Program-made: the position numbers and the translations under genes
Virus record (IMG/VR): IMGVR_UViG_3300042397_001885
Reading direction: 5' to 3' (one strand)
Source of the DNA: an uncultured virus (IMG/VR IMGVR_UViG_3300042397_001885)
Lineage: Duplodnaviria; Heunggongvirae; Uroviricota; Caudoviricetes
DNA: 64,000 nt
In this document: in pieces, positions 38,720 to 48,793 of the stretch
How the letters are laid out: every line of letters starts with the position of its first letter
Position numbering within the stretch: position 1 is the stretch's first letter
Notes under the pieces: generated by a model
What the model was told of the DNA's origin: nothing
What the model saw: the letters and a program-made list of their open reading frames with translations, nothing else
Database searches by the model: none

Positions 38720-40093
38720 TTATATTCCATACTTCCATTCTGTGCCATTCCAAACTCTTGCCTGAGCATTTACCCAAGATGTTCCATTCCAAACTTTAGG
38801 AAGTGCTGTCACATAAGAAGTTCCATTCCAAACTTTAAATATTCCTCCAAGACTTCTTATATTACTACTAAATGAGGTTCCTTGACCATTAATATTATTA
38901 GCTGTTATTGAATATGTATAAAGAGTGTATGGAGAAAGACCAGTATCTACAAATGAAAGCTGATTTATATTATTTAAAATAGTTACGCCATCTCTTTTTA
39001 AAGTGTATCCAGTAATACTGGAGCCTCCAGTATTTGTTGGTGCACCCCAAGATACAGTTATTTGTCCAAAAGTTGAATTATCAAATACTATTGAAGAAAC
39101 TTGACCTGGAGTAGTACTTGGGGTCTTAGTAGTATTAGATGAAGCTCCTCCACCAACAGCATTAACAGCACGAACATACACTGTTATAGGGGTTCCATTA
39201 GTGCCATTAATATTAAATGGATTAGAAGGAGTTGTTACCCAAGTGCTATTATCTAAAGAGTACTGGTAAGAAGTTATAGTGCTTCCTCCATTACTTGATG
39301 GAGTTGAATAACTTACAGTTATAAATCCATTCCCATAAGTTGAAGAAATTCCTGGGGCTGATGGAAAATTTGGTGTAGTAGCACTAGCAGTATTAGATAC
39401 AGCAGACCATCCAGCAGAGTTATTTGCATATACTGCATATGAAGCAGTTACTCCATTTCCAACATTATCTCGTAAAGAAAATACATTTGAAGCATATTGA
39501 TTAAAGTATGCACCATTTTTATAAACATGGAAATAATTAATTCCAGCTCCACCGTTATTTGAAACTGACCATCCAACATCAATAAATCCAACACCAGCTG
39601 CGGCAGTTGTAGTTCCCATAGTAGGAACAAATATTGGTGGCGGAGGTGGTGGTGGTGGTGGCGGAGGAGGAGGTGGTGGAGGAGGAGCTGGTCGTGCTGG
39701 AATAGCAGCACTTATAGATACAGTAGGATTGGTTCCATCATCCCAATAATGAAGAGTTAATTCTGCTGTAAATGTTAGGCTTCCAGGACTAGTACCATAA
39801 GAACCAGCTGGATATGTGTATGTAGCAGTTTTAGTAGCACGTTTTGTTGTGGTTCTAGTACCTTGATTATTTGTATAGTCTGTAGTTCCAGAAAAGGAAC
39901 CTCCATAAGTTAGTCTTTGAGTATCTCCACTATGAGCAAATTCATTTTCAGTCCAAACATCAACTGTAGCAGTTACAGTTGTTGAGCCAGTAGTAACGGC
40001 AGACCAAGAAATAAAGTCCATGCCAACACGCATTCCGTTTTTGCTGGATTGACCAATATTACCATATCTCCAAGTACCCCAAGTAATAGCCAT
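38720..40093 (-). CDS. virion appendage protein with 17-Pro linker and three fibronectin type III domains
   Basis: NGG..I..Y and YxV.A.N..G FN3 motifs x3; C-terminal (K/R)VWNGTxW repeats. Confidence 0.8.
   Translation of the reverse strand: MAITWGTWRYGNIGQSSKNGMRVGMDFISWSAVTTGSTTVTATVDVWTENEFAHSGDTQRLTYGGSFSGTTDYTNNQGTRTTTKRATKTATYTYPAGSYGTSPGSLTFTAELTLHYWDDGTNPTVSISAAIPARPAPPPPPPPPPPPPPPPPPIFVPTMGTTTAAAGVGFIDVGWSVSNNGGAGINYFHVYKNGAYFNQYASNVFSLRDNVGNGVTASYAVYANNSAGWSAVSNTASATTPNFPSAPGISSTYGNGFITVSYSTPSSNGGSTITSYQYSLDNSTWVTTPSNPFNINGTNGTPITVYVRAVNAVGGGASSNTTKTPSTTPGQVSSIVFDNSTFGQITVSWGAPTNTGGSSITGYTLKRDGVTILNNINQLSFVDTGLSPYTLYTYSITANNINGQGTSFSSNIRSLGGIFKVWNGTSYVTALPKVWNGTSWVNAQARVWNGTEWKYGI
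39635..39685 (-). repeat. 17 consecutive proline codons
   Basis: 51 nt of CCN codons. Confidence 0.95.
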
Positions 40094-40101
40094 TTTATGT
40101 C

Positions 40102-40843
40102 CTAAAAGTCAAGCCAAATATCACCAATGTTAGCAGCTGTAGGCTGTGCTGCTTGAACAAAAATATTTCTTCCCACAGCAACTCCTTCATAGGTTAATGT
40201 TGGCTTTAGGTTAATTTGTGTTTGAATAGAAGATGTAACTCCATCAACGTATCCAATCTCAGTAGCAGACACTGTGCCAATAGAGGTATTAGATGGAAGA
40301 ACTACTGTTCCAGTAAAGGTAGGACTAGCACTAGGAGACTTAGAATCTAGCTGTGTCTGAATTGCAGAAGTAACACCATCAACATAGTTAAGCTCAGTTG
40401 CAGTGGCAGTTAAAGCCACATTTTCATTTATCTTTGGAGAAGTCAAAGTTTTATTTGTTAAGGTTTCAGTTCCAGCTATTGTAGAAAAATCAGCGTCTGA
40501 CAAAGCTATATTAAATTGAGCAACTGTTCCAGAAAGAGTGTTGTTTAAAAGATTTATAGTTTTATTAGTCAGTGTTTGAGATGTTCCAGTTCCAACAACT
40601 GAGTTTCCTGTACCAATAGTTGACAGCAGTCCATTAATTGTAGAATCACTTGCATCAATTCTTGAATCAAAATTCAACAAGTGTGCATAAATACTATCTA
40701 CTTCATCGTAGGAACTTCCAGCTGAAGAATCTCCAAAATAAAAAATTTCAAAAGCATTTTGAATATTAGCATCATCTTCTAGCTCTGGAACGTGTGTATT
40801 AAACTGTGGTACAAATCCTTTAGTTATACTAATTAAGTCTGAC
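40102..40843 (-). CDS. fibre-like structural protein
   Basis: TLTNKT repeats, ELNYVDGVTSAIQTQL x2, C-terminal PTAANIGDIW; likely start MSDLIS. Confidence 0.7.
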
Positions 40844-40846
40844 ATT

Positions 40847-41434
40847 TTATTCAACCCCTCCAACGCTTATAAAAAAACTTATAGGAGTAGCAGAAGAAGA
40901 TATTGAAGAAACTGATCCTGAAACAAACTTTGCACCTTTTAACTCTACAATAAACGTTCTAGATCCAGAGACATCTTGAATATCTTTATTAGATATAGAA
41001 ATAAAAGCTGGATCATCTATTTCTGGAGTTGCTTGAACTAAAATAGTTTCTGGATTTAAACTTTCTGGAGCATTGTTATAAAAATCTGCTAAAGGTATGG
41101 ATATAGATCCAGAACCAGATACAAAGTCTACATTTTTTCTAGCAGCATAAGATGTTGGTTGAAATCTTAAAATTTCTGTCCAGATGCTACCTCCAGGAGT
41201 TGCATCTAGTTTGTAAATTACTCCGTACTTTGAACCAATTCTATTATTAATATATAAATCATTAATTTTTGCATTTGTTAATATAGAAGCGTTATCAGGA
41301 AGTGGTGGACCTACCCCAGAAAAGAACTGAGAGCCTCTTTCTCCTTGTGGACCAATGTCAACACTTACAGATACTGAAGCAGGTGGTCCAACTACAACTA
41401 ATTCATCATTAGATATGATTGTATCTATTGCCAT
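40847..41434 (-). CDS. structural protein with collagen-like stub
   Basis: GPQGERGS...G.GPP...NDLYIN. Confidence 0.65.
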   Translation of the reverse strand: MAIDTIISNDELVVVGPPASVSVSVDIGPQGERGSQFFSGVGPPLPDNASILTNAKINDLYINNRIGSKYGVIYKLDATPGGSIWTEILRFQPTSYAARKNVDFVSGSGSISIPLADFYNNAPESLNPETILVQATPEIDDPAFISISNKDIQDVSGSRTFIVELKGAKFVSGSVSSISSSATPISFFISVGGVE

Positions 41435-41435
41435 A

Positions 41436-41816
41436 CTACGTTACCGCCACATCTTGAGTTACAGTTATGGTTCCAGTTAAAAGAGTAAACACCTTTCCAA
41501 AAGATTCGGATTCTTCGTCAGTATTTTTAATTTCTAAATCATAAAAGTATCTAGCCCCAGACAGCTGTCTTCCACCCTCTGGCTTAATTGTGCAAGAGAC
41601 GGTATCTCCACCTTGAATTGTCGCAACAAGTTCTGAACTATCAGCAGAAGTTAATACTGATGCAGATGCGGAACCTCTAGCTGTTGCAACTATAAAAGTT
41701 GGTGTGTAGTCAGAAAGGTCGTCAAAAGCTTCACCAGTTGAACCTTTAGGCTTTACAAGAAACTCAAAAGTATCACCTGCATAGTAGTTAAAATTGTATG
41801 TACCTGGAAATGCCAT
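41436..41816 (-). CDS. BppU-like fibre adaptor protein
   Basis: YNF.YYAGDTF...YFYDLEI...LLTGTITV..DV. Confidence 0.65.
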   Translation of the reverse strand: MAFPGTYNFNYYAGDTFEFLVKPKGSTGEAFDDLSDYTPTFIVATARGSASASVLTSADSSELVATIQGGDTVSCTIKPEGGRQLSGARYFYDLEIKNTDEESESFGKVFTLLTGTITVTQDVAVT

Positions 41817-41876
41817 AGTTAATCACCTTTCAATATTATACCATGTTTAGTATATTTGCCACAAAACATTAAGATT

Positions 41877-42587
41877 TTACCACTTGGTTACAAACTGGTC
41901 TTCGTGCTCTATGAGATTATTTATAGGATGAAAGTCATATGCTGACTTATTATGTAACTTTATTTTTGCTATCCAAAATTCAGCATCTTGCCTATACTCG
42001 TTTTTACAAGGATCTAGAGTTTTTATTGCATCTGTTGTTGTCCACCAAAAGTTTCCTAAATAAAAGCCATCATATTTTTTCACATATTCATACTTAGTTT
42101 CCCCTGGAAGATCTAGCTCATTTCCATAGGCATCTTTAAGAAGGTACATTTGACAATAGTGAACCCCAGCTAAATCGTGACCCTCATCTATTTTTTCTAA
42201 GCATTTTTTCCAGTTTACAACATTAAAGTATGTCATTGACCTTCTATGCTTTACTCCATAAAGGTTGTGATTATTTGAAGCTTTTGTATGAGCATAAAAT
42301 ATATATCCGTCATTTTTTAAAGAAAACTCATATAATGGCTTAAGGGTAACTTGTTCCCATCCTTCATCAGCCTCTGCAACAATATTAAATTCTTTAAGCT
42401 CTTTAGACAAATATTCTTTTACAGCTTTTCTATTTTCATATAATCCAATAATTCCAAAATTTAAACTATAAAGCTCATCTAAAAGACCGTATCTTTTTAA
42501 AGCATGAATGTGCTCAGATAGAGGTTGAAGCCATTGTCCTGAAGATCCTATATGATAAAAATGATGTATTTTTTTTACATCATTCAT
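41877..42587 (-). CDS. putative glycosyltransferase-like protein
   Basis: WEQVTL, YIFYAHTKA, FYLGNFWW, R.DAEFWI; a family I associate with viral glycosylation clusters. Confidence 0.5.
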   Translation of the reverse strand: MNDVKKIHHFYHIGSSGQWLQPLSEHIHALKRYGLLDELYSLNFGIIGLYENRKAVKEYLSKELKEFNIVAEADEGWEQVTLKPLYEFSLKNDGYIFYAHTKASNNHNLYGVKHRRSMTYFNVVNWKKCLEKIDEGHDLAGVHYCQMYLLKDAYGNELDLPGETKYEYVKKYDGFYLGNFWWTTTDAIKTLDPCKNEYRQDAEFWIAKIKLHNKSAYDFHPINNLIEHEDQFVTKW

Positions 42588-42997
42588 TAAAAATCTCCGT
42601 AGTTAACTTGAAGACATTTAAGACCAAGATCTCTCCACATATCAACTACTGACTGACGATCATCTAATACACATAAAACATTAAACTTATCCTTAATATA
42701 ATTTTCATATATTTCTTTTTTTACTTCTGAATCTTTGCGATAGTCACCAGTTTTACGCATATATAATTTGGAAAATGGTGGACAGTTTTCTACCAACCAT
42801 TTATAAGTTTCTTCGTAACAAGAGTCTTCACGACCAGTTATATATATTATAGTTTTGCTGGACTTCCACAAACAGTTAACAATTTCAATAACAGCACTGT
42901 CTGGAAAATCTGTTCCAACCTTGTCATATTCGTAAGGTCCTCTGTCACACCTATGTGCAACAGTGCCATCAATATCTACCAACACTACTTCGTTCAC
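42587..42997 (-). CDS. HAD phosphatase (polynucleotide kinase 3'-phosphatase-like)
   Basis: DIDGT, ITGR, LYMRKTGDYRKDSEVK, LDDRQSVVDMWR; probable GTG start at 42997. Confidence 0.9.
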   Translation of the reverse strand: MNEVVLVDIDGTVAHRCDRGPYEYDKVGTDFPDSAVIEIVNCLWKSSKTIIYITGREDSCYEETYKWLVENCPPFSKLYMRKTGDYRKDSEVKKEIYENYIKDKFNVLCVLDDRQSVVDMWRDLGLKCLQVNYGDF

Positions 42998-43022
42998 AAA
43001 AATCATTCCTTTATACAAACTA

Positions 43023-43160
43023 TTATCTAAAACACTTGCAATTGTTGCACTTGCAGTTTGGATTATTTTTTTCAACCTTTTTTGCTTTTTTAAAAAACTT
43101 TGAAATAGAATCTATACATAAGTTGCAAGTACTTACCACTGAAAACTTTTTACTAACCAT
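43023..43160 (-). CDS. 45-aa Cys/Lys-rich peptide
   Basis: AGGAGG RBS before ATG at 43160; CNLC and CKCNNCKC. Confidence 0.6.
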   Translation of the reverse strand: MVSKKFSVVSTCNLCIDSISKFFKKAKKVEKNNPNCKCNNCKCFR

Positions 43161-43174
43161 TATTCCTCCTGTAT

Positions 43175-44080
43175 TTAAAAAAATCCATTTATTTCTTCTC
43201 CAGAGTACCATTGTTTATTGTTACTACTGTTGTAAGAAAATCCGCTACTTGCATTATCATTATTTAATATATAGAATTCCCCCATATCCTCAACAGATCC
43301 TAGTTCTAAATTAGATAAAATATCTTCATCAAGTTTTTCACCAGGTCTAGTTCCAGTAATATCTATTCTAGACTCATCTATAAATGACTTAGCTATGTCG
43401 TAGATATTTGCACTTTTCATTTTTGGAACAAATACTTCTTTGCCGTTCATAATTTGCATAAATTTAATTGACCAAAAAGCAGCCTCGGAGCTTCTGATAA
43501 AAAACCTAGTCATTTTTTTATGGGTAACAGATATCTTGTCACTATCGTTTTTCATAATTTTCCATTTTTGAAATATTGACCCATTGCTGCCAATTAAATT
43601 ACCAAATCTTACTACAGAAAATTTTGTATCAGAAATATCATTAGAAAGAATAGCATTCTTTTCAGAAAGTAGCTTGCTAACCCCATAAATGCTTGTTGGA
43701 ATACATGCTTTGTCTGTAGATATTAATAAAACCTTTTTTACATTATTTTGAATTGCAGCATTAATAACATTGCTAGTTCCTAAAACATTTACTTTAATTG
43801 TTTCATCAGGAGACTTTTCTGCCAGATCTATGTGCTTTAAGGCTGCAGCGTGAAATACATAGTCTACACCCTTCATTATGCCAAATAGCGAGTCATAGTT
43901 TTTTATATCTCCAACTACATACCTAACTCTTTTGTCATTGATAGACATAGATGCCTCAAACTGCTTTGTTTCATTTCTAGAAAACATAATAATCTCTTTA
44001 GTGTCACAAAGGCTCAGAAGGCTATTGCAAATTTCTTTTCCTAAAGATCCTGGACCACCTGTTATAAGGTACTTTGACAT
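43175..44080 (-). CDS. UDP-GlcNAc 4,6-dehydratase (PseB/CapD family)
   Basis: ITGGPGSLG, FHAAALKH, ISTDKA..P..YG.SK, VRFGN..GS.GS, MTRFF, RPGEKL. Confidence 0.9.
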   Translation of the reverse strand: MSKYLITGGPGSLGKEICNSLLSLCDTKEIIMFSRNETKQFEASMSINDKRVRYVVGDIKNYDSLFGIMKGVDYVFHAAALKHIDLAEKSPDETIKVNVLGTSNVINAAIQNNVKKVLLISTDKACIPTSIYGVSKLLSEKNAILSNDISDTKFSVVRFGNLIGSNGSIFQKWKIMKNDSDKISVTHKKMTRFFIRSSEAAFWSIKFMQIMNGKEVFVPKMKSANIYDIAKSFIDESRIDITGTRPGEKLDEDILSNLELGSVEDMGEFYILNNDNASSGFSYNSSNNKQWYSGEEINGFF

Positions 44081-44805
44081 TATTCCTCTTCTTTCTTAAA
44101 TACTGGAAGGATTACTTTCTTGGTATGATTAAGTATATCAAATTCTTTTTCATATAGCTTTCCTTTTAAATATGCCCCAGAGTCTTTTGTTTCTTTTCCA
44201 GACTGCTGGTATTCTCTTAAATCTGAGTATTTTAAATAATCTTCATAAAATTCTTTATCTTTATATAGCAACCCTTCTCTTGTTTCAAAGCTTTCTATAT
44301 AACCTCTTTCTATTGGAAAAAAAGTAAAAAGTGGCTGATCTTTATTTATTGTTAACCTTCCAGGTTTTAAAAACTTATAGTTAAATGTAAAGGTAAACGG
44401 AAGCCAGTCTGTCTCTACGATTCCATCAAATGGCTGAAGACCCATTGCTATTTGATTTGGAATTCCTCTAACATAAAGTGAAACATTTTTTGATGTTCTT
44501 ACTATAAAATCTGGAACTATAGAAAGTATGCCATGACCAAACTCCGATGCTGCAAATTGAAATGCGGTATCTTTTCCAAATTCTACTCTAAGGGAATTTT
44601 TTGATTCACCACCATCCCAAGTTGCAGAAAATTCACCTGGAGACAAAACTGTCCATCCGTATGAGTTTGCAACGTTCATAGGGACACACCGATAGGCATT
44701 CCCTTCTGTTTTATCCATCCATTTTCTTTTAACTTTGTTTGGAACAATTTCAAATATGTTTTTTTCTGAAACTCTACTTATTTCTATGTATTTTTTATTA
44801 AACAT
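44080..44805 (-). CDS. DUF6065-like protein
   Basis: RKWMDKT...AYRCVPMNVANSYGW, GIVETDWLPFTFTFN. Confidence 0.75.
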   Translation of the reverse strand: MFNKKYIEISRVSEKNIFEIVPNKVKRKWMDKTEGNAYRCVPMNVANSYGWTVLSPGEFSATWDGGESKNSLRVEFGKDTAFQFAASEFGHGILSIVPDFIVRTSKNVSLYVRGIPNQIAMGLQPFDGIVETDWLPFTFTFNYKFLKPGRLTINKDQPLFTFFPIERGYIESFETREGLLYKDKEFYEDYLKYSDLREYQQSGKETKDSGAYLKGKLYEKEFDILNHTKKVILPVFKKEEE

Positions 44806-45541
44806 TGTTAATACTTCTCATTATCTCTATTCTTTTATTTGATATATCTGTTTGCTCTTGCGAAATATCAACACTTATTCCGTTTCTATTTAATTGATAG
44901 GCTATACATGCAACGGTTCCACTTCCTCCAAATGGGTCTAACACTGTAAAACCTTCTTTTGTGTACATCTCTATAAATCTTTCTGGTATATCTTTTACAA
45001 CTGCATAATGAATAATTTTAGGATAATTAAAGCTTAAAGCTTTGTCTATCATGTCATCCTTATTTGAAAGGGGAAGTTGCCACAAAGGATCTTTAAACTT
45101 TTTTACCTTAAAAGGATTTTGGTAGTAATGATTAGGATCTTTTACTAGATGAAACCATAAATACCAGTCCTTATAGATAGCCTCGTCCTTGTTTGACTTA
45201 TTTTCATCATCTACAACCTTATGGATAATTGTGTTTGGGTGATGCAACTTAGTTTTTTTTAAAACTTGGTTAATATACTTGTGCATTAAATCTTCTTCTG
45301 GAGAAATTTCAATCCATATACTTCCTGTAGGCTTTAAAACCCTTTCCATCTCTTTTGTACTTTTTACTAATAGCTTTAGCATTTTTTTAGAATTAAAATG
45401 TATTTGTTTTTTAGGATTACCACCGTATCCACTAGCATCTCTATTGATAAATGGTGGAGCTGCAATTATTAAGTCTACTGAATTACTCTCAATAAAAGAT
45501 AAATTTGTTGCATCTCCCGTTATAAACTCTACTTTAGTCAC
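44798..45541 (-). CDS. N4/N6 DNA methyltransferase-like protein (beta order) with atypical motif IV
   Basis: SVDLIIAAPPF, RVLKPTGSIW, VLDPFGGSGT. Confidence 0.75.
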   Translation of the reverse strand: MTKVEFITGDATNLSFIESNSVDLIIAAPPFINRDASGYGGNPKKQIHFNSKKMLKLLVKSTKEMERVLKPTGSIWIEISPEEDLMHKYINQVLKKTKLHHPNTIIHKVVDDENKSNKDEAIYKDWYLWFHLVKDPNHYYQNPFKVKKFKDPLWQLPLSNKDDMIDKALSFNYPKIIHYAVVKDIPERFIEMYTKEGFTVLDPFGGSGTVACIAYQLNRNGISVDISQEQTDISNKRIEIMRSINNV

Positions 45542-45858
45542 TATTGATCTTTCTTGTAGTCAAATTTGTTTTCGTCTAGATCTATTCTATCCCATTTTGA
45601 AAGTGGGCACTCTGCTTCAAAAAGTCTGGTCTTTGCATCCATAAAGCAGCCACACTCTTTGCATTGACGAGTTGATTTAATTAGTCTAGGACATTTCAAG
45701 CAAATGCTCATTCTTTCTTTCTGAACCCTATCTGTAACCTTTTCAATATTTTTATTGAATATGTCCCACGGTCTAACGGGTCTGCTTGAGTCTTTACTTG
45801 TTTTTTCTGGATTAGGATAAATTAAATCTGGAACTTCAGGTAAGTCACTCATATTCAT
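45541..45858 (-). CDS. Cys-rich small protein (DUF6171-like)
   Basis: RMSICLKC...QCKECGCFM.AKT.L..AECPL.KW. Confidence 0.7.
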   Translation of the reverse strand: MNMSDLPEVPDLIYPNPEKTSKDSSRPVRPWDIFNKNIEKVTDRVQKERMSICLKCPRLIKSTRQCKECGCFMDAKTRLFEAECPLSKWDRIDLDENKFDYKKDQ

Positions 45859-46825
45859 CTCCTACAATAAAATTTTTTGGAACATATCTTTTTAAAAGAG
45901 GTCCTTTTCTAACGTCCATTTTAGCATATTTTTCATACTTTTTAATTTTTTCACTGTTTTCTGGGTCTAGAATAAAATTTAAATAATTAGATACAGCCTT
46001 GTCTGCAACAACCATTTGTTTTTTTGAACTTAAAAGATCTCCAAAGTAAGTTCTTTCTCCACCAAATTCATTAATGTCGTCCCCATATAAATGAGCTATT
46101 GGAAAATCTTTTACGTTTAAAAATACCAAGGAAAATCCGTCTCCTATTAAGTTAATCCCCTGTATAAGCTCTTCGTCATAAAATATAGCATCTTTAAAAA
46201 CACCAGTATTTTTTATAAAATTTTTATCTCCAAACGCAAAGGCTCCATTAAACTTTACGCATGGCACAAATTTTTGTGAATCAAAGTCTTTTGAAATTAG
46301 TCTATCTTCCCACTTTGGAAGGTACTGTAAGAAAAACTCATCAACAACAAAGTATGGGTATCTTGGTAGAGAGGAGTCTCCCTCATGTCTTTTTCTTTTT
46401 CCTTCTGGACTATATGAGTAATAAGGTATATATGAAGTTAGTACAAATTTTTCTATATTAGTTTCTTTTTTAAATTCTTTAAATGATTTTATTAGATAAG
46501 AATCCCAGTTTTTATCAAAATATGTATGTGAGTCTACTTGAAGCATATAGTCTTCACCAGAGTACATCTGCTGGGCTCTATGTCTACCGTCTCCAGTTCC
46601 GTATTCAGAAACTTTTCTTTTTTTAAGTTTAATAAACTCTACAGAAATATTTGGATATTTCTCCTTAAGATCTAAAACTTTTTTGTATTCTTTTTTATTT
46701 AAATCTTTAAAGGATACTCCAATAAACACTCTGTCTGAAAACTCTGCAGACTCAATTGCATTTTTTATAGTGGCACTTGTTTCAGTATCAGCCATTGAAG
46801 GTATGGCAAGGTAAATACTTTCCAT
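45845..46825 (-). CDS. glycosyltransferase, Skp1-hydroxyproline GlcNAc-transferase-like (GT60-like)
   Basis: IYLAIPS..D.E...TI..A...A....RVFIGV, G...GR..AQ.MY.GEDY.LQVDSHT.F..NWD, IF..EE, HLY. Confidence 0.8.
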   Translation of the reverse strand: MESIYLAIPSMADTETSATIKNAIESAEFSDRVFIGVSFKDLNKKEYKKVLDLKEKYPNISVEFIKLKKRKVSEYGTGDGRHRAQQMYSGEDYMLQVDSHTYFDKNWDSYLIKSFKEFKKETNIEKFVLTSYIPYYSYSPEGKRKRHEGDSSLPRYPYFVVDEFFLQYLPKWEDRLISKDFDSQKFVPCVKFNGAFAFGDKNFIKNTGVFKDAIFYDEELIQGINLIGDGFSLVFLNVKDFPIAHLYGDDINEFGGERTYFGDLLSSKKQMVVADKAVSNYLNFILDPENSEKIKKYEKYAKMDVRKGPLLKRYVPKNFIVGDEYE

Positions 46826-47490
46826 TAAGAATATACCTTTCTAGTCCACCATCTTCTTTTATACCAATTAAATGGAGGATTCTCTACTTCATGAGCTTCT
46901 GGATGCTCTTTAAATGGTTTATCGTCAACTACGTTCATAGACCAATTATCTCTTTTAAATGGAATAACTTGAATTATAGGAGTTCCTGCTGGGATAATTC
47001 CAGAAAAATCTTTTTTCATAACAAAGGGGAAGTTGATTACGATTGGATGCTTGTCTGTGTCAACCACTCCAGTAAAAGACCTAAATGGCAAGTCCATCCT
47101 ATTTAATGGATGAACAAATAGACAGCTGTAACCTTTTGGAGTTTCAATAAGCCATTGATTAATCCATTTATGAGGCTGTTCGTCAAACTCATCTCCAATG
47201 TTAACCCCTTGAGTTTGTGATAAATAGTGATCTGAATTTATTTCAAAAGGGCAGTCGTACCAAAAAGAGTTTTCATCTTTATTAAAATATACATCAACTG
47301 GTAAAGTTATCATATATCCAGAAGTTAATGCATCTAAAACGGGTACACATTTTTTAACCGTTTCAACCTTATCTACCGCCCCCAGTAATTTTCTATACCA
47401 CTCTGGAACAGCCTTAGATGAGGGAATTGGATGAGGAACTTCAAAGTCTGGAATAGAGGATATAAATGTAATAGATTTACTTTTCATCAT
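46825..47490 (-). CDS. dUTPase-fold / DUF6065-related protein
   Basis: PEWYRK, TVKKCVPVLDALTSGY, TPKGYSCLFVHPLNR, GVVDTD, GTPIIQVIPFKR. Confidence 0.65.
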   Translation of the reverse strand: MMKSKSITFISSIPDFEVPHPIPSSKAVPEWYRKLLGAVDKVETVKKCVPVLDALTSGYMITLPVDVYFNKDENSFWYDCPFEINSDHYLSQTQGVNIGDEFDEQPHKWINQWLIETPKGYSCLFVHPLNRMDLPFRSFTGVVDTDKHPIVINFPFVMKKDFSGIIPAGTPIIQVIPFKRDNWSMNVVDDKPFKEHPEAHEVENPPFNWYKRRWWTRKVYS

Positions 47491-47801
47491 TCTCCGTTGA
47501 TGAATTCTTTATCTATGTAAACCCACCCAATATCTGGTCTAACTTTATCTGGATCAAATTCTACTATTAGTGGTTGGCTAAGTAGTAATGCAGCAAGTCT
47601 ATTTTCAGCTCTCATAATTTCTTGCACCTCTCCATCTAAAATAATAGCCAGATGATTAATTTTAGACCCAGGAGGCATCGGTGGGATAGCGTTAGAATTT
47701 AAAGAAATTTTGCTTTTATATTTTCTAGTAAAAAAGTCTCTAACAATTTCTCTAGTAGTTAAAACTCTTATATTTTCACCATGATCGTGACTACCTGACA
47801 T
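47487..47801 (-). CDS. small protein, fibre-chaperone-like; paralog of 48521..48781
   Basis: LAIILDGEVQEIM...LLSQP...IGWVYID; likely start MSGSHD at 47801. Confidence 0.6.
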   Translation of the reverse strand: MSGSHDHGENIRVLTTREIVRDFFTRKYKSKISLNSNAIPPMPPGSKINHLAIILDGEVQEIMRAENRLAALLLSQPLIVEFDPDKVRPDIGWVYIDKEFINGE

Positions 47802-48508
47802 TAAAAATATTCCTTTCTGTGCCAATATTTTTTCTTATAGGTTCCTTCTTTTTTTCTAACATCGTGTCCATGTTTTTGAATAGCATCTTTTAAAGCAGGG
47901 TTATAAATCATTTTCCATCTCTTTCTTTTGATTGGAATAATTTGAGCAAAAGGAGTTCCTTTTTCTATAACTCCTACAAAGTCTTCTTTTATAAAAAACG
48001 GTATGTTTCCATTTCCAAAGAACTTATCACTATCCATTATTGCAGAAGATGTTGTAAAAGGCAAATCTTGTCTATTTAAAGGATGTGTTACCAATACACT
48101 GTATCCTCTTGGAGCTTTAATACCCCACCTACCTGACCAAACCATATGATTAGGGGCATGTCCTGCTGGTCTTGGCATTGTAGCCCCAGACTGTCTTGGT
48201 CTTTCTTCAACAAAATTTTCCCAACCTTGTGGAGCATTCCACTTAATGTCAAGATCTCCATTTTCAGTCTTTCCAACATATATATCAAATGGAACTACTA
48301 ATGCATATCCAGATACCATTGCATCTAAAAATGGAACACATGTCTTTAATCCAGCACTTGTTTTCTGAGTTCCTTCTTCAATGGCTAAATCTTCTTCTGA
48401 AGAAAAATGTGTTTCTGCTTTCTTGTACCATTCGGGAATAAATTTTTTAATTAAATCTGGTTTACCAATTTCCATTGATTCTGAGCATATAAAATGTATT
48501 AGTTTCAA
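47801..48508 (-). CDS. dUTPase-fold / DUF6065-related protein; paralog of 46825..47490
   Basis: PEWYKK, LKTCVPFLDAMVSGY, APRGYSVLVTHPLNR, GTPFAQIIPIKR. Confidence 0.65.
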   Translation of the reverse strand: MKLIHFICSESMEIGKPDLIKKFIPEWYKKAETHFSSEEDLAIEEGTQKTSAGLKTCVPFLDAMVSGYALVVPFDIYVGKTENGDLDIKWNAPQGWENFVEERPRQSGATMPRPAGHAPNHMVWSGRWGIKAPRGYSVLVTHPLNRQDLPFTTSSAIMDSDKFFGNGNIPFFIKEDFVGVIEKGTPFAQIIPIKRKRWKMIYNPALKDAIQKHGHDVRKKEGTYKKKYWHRKEYF

Positions 48509-48520
48509 AATACGCCCCTA

Positions 48521-48781
48521 CTAGAATCCTTCTATATTAGATTCACCTGGATAAGAAAATTTTCCGTCAATATATTTCCAACCAATTTTAGCAAGATCTC
48601 CAGGAAGAACTCTTACAAATCTTGGCTGAGATAAAAACTGTGCAGCCTGTTGACCGTCAACGTTCATTATTTGAAAAACAGTGTCATCAACAATTAAGGC
48701 AATATCATAAGGAAATGCAGTTACATCATGCTTTGGTGCAACTAAATCTGGAACATCTGGTAGATCATTTTGCTCTGTCAT
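48521..48781 (-). CDS. small protein, fibre-chaperone-like
   Basis: IALIVDDTVFQIM...FLSQP...IGWKYIDGKF. Confidence 0.6.
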   Translation of the reverse strand: MTEQNDLPDVPDLVAPKHDVTAFPYDIALIVDDTVFQIMNVDGQQAAQFLSQPRFVRVLPGDLAKIGWKYIDGKFSYPGESNIEGF

Positions 48782-48793
48782 AACAAGCTTCTC

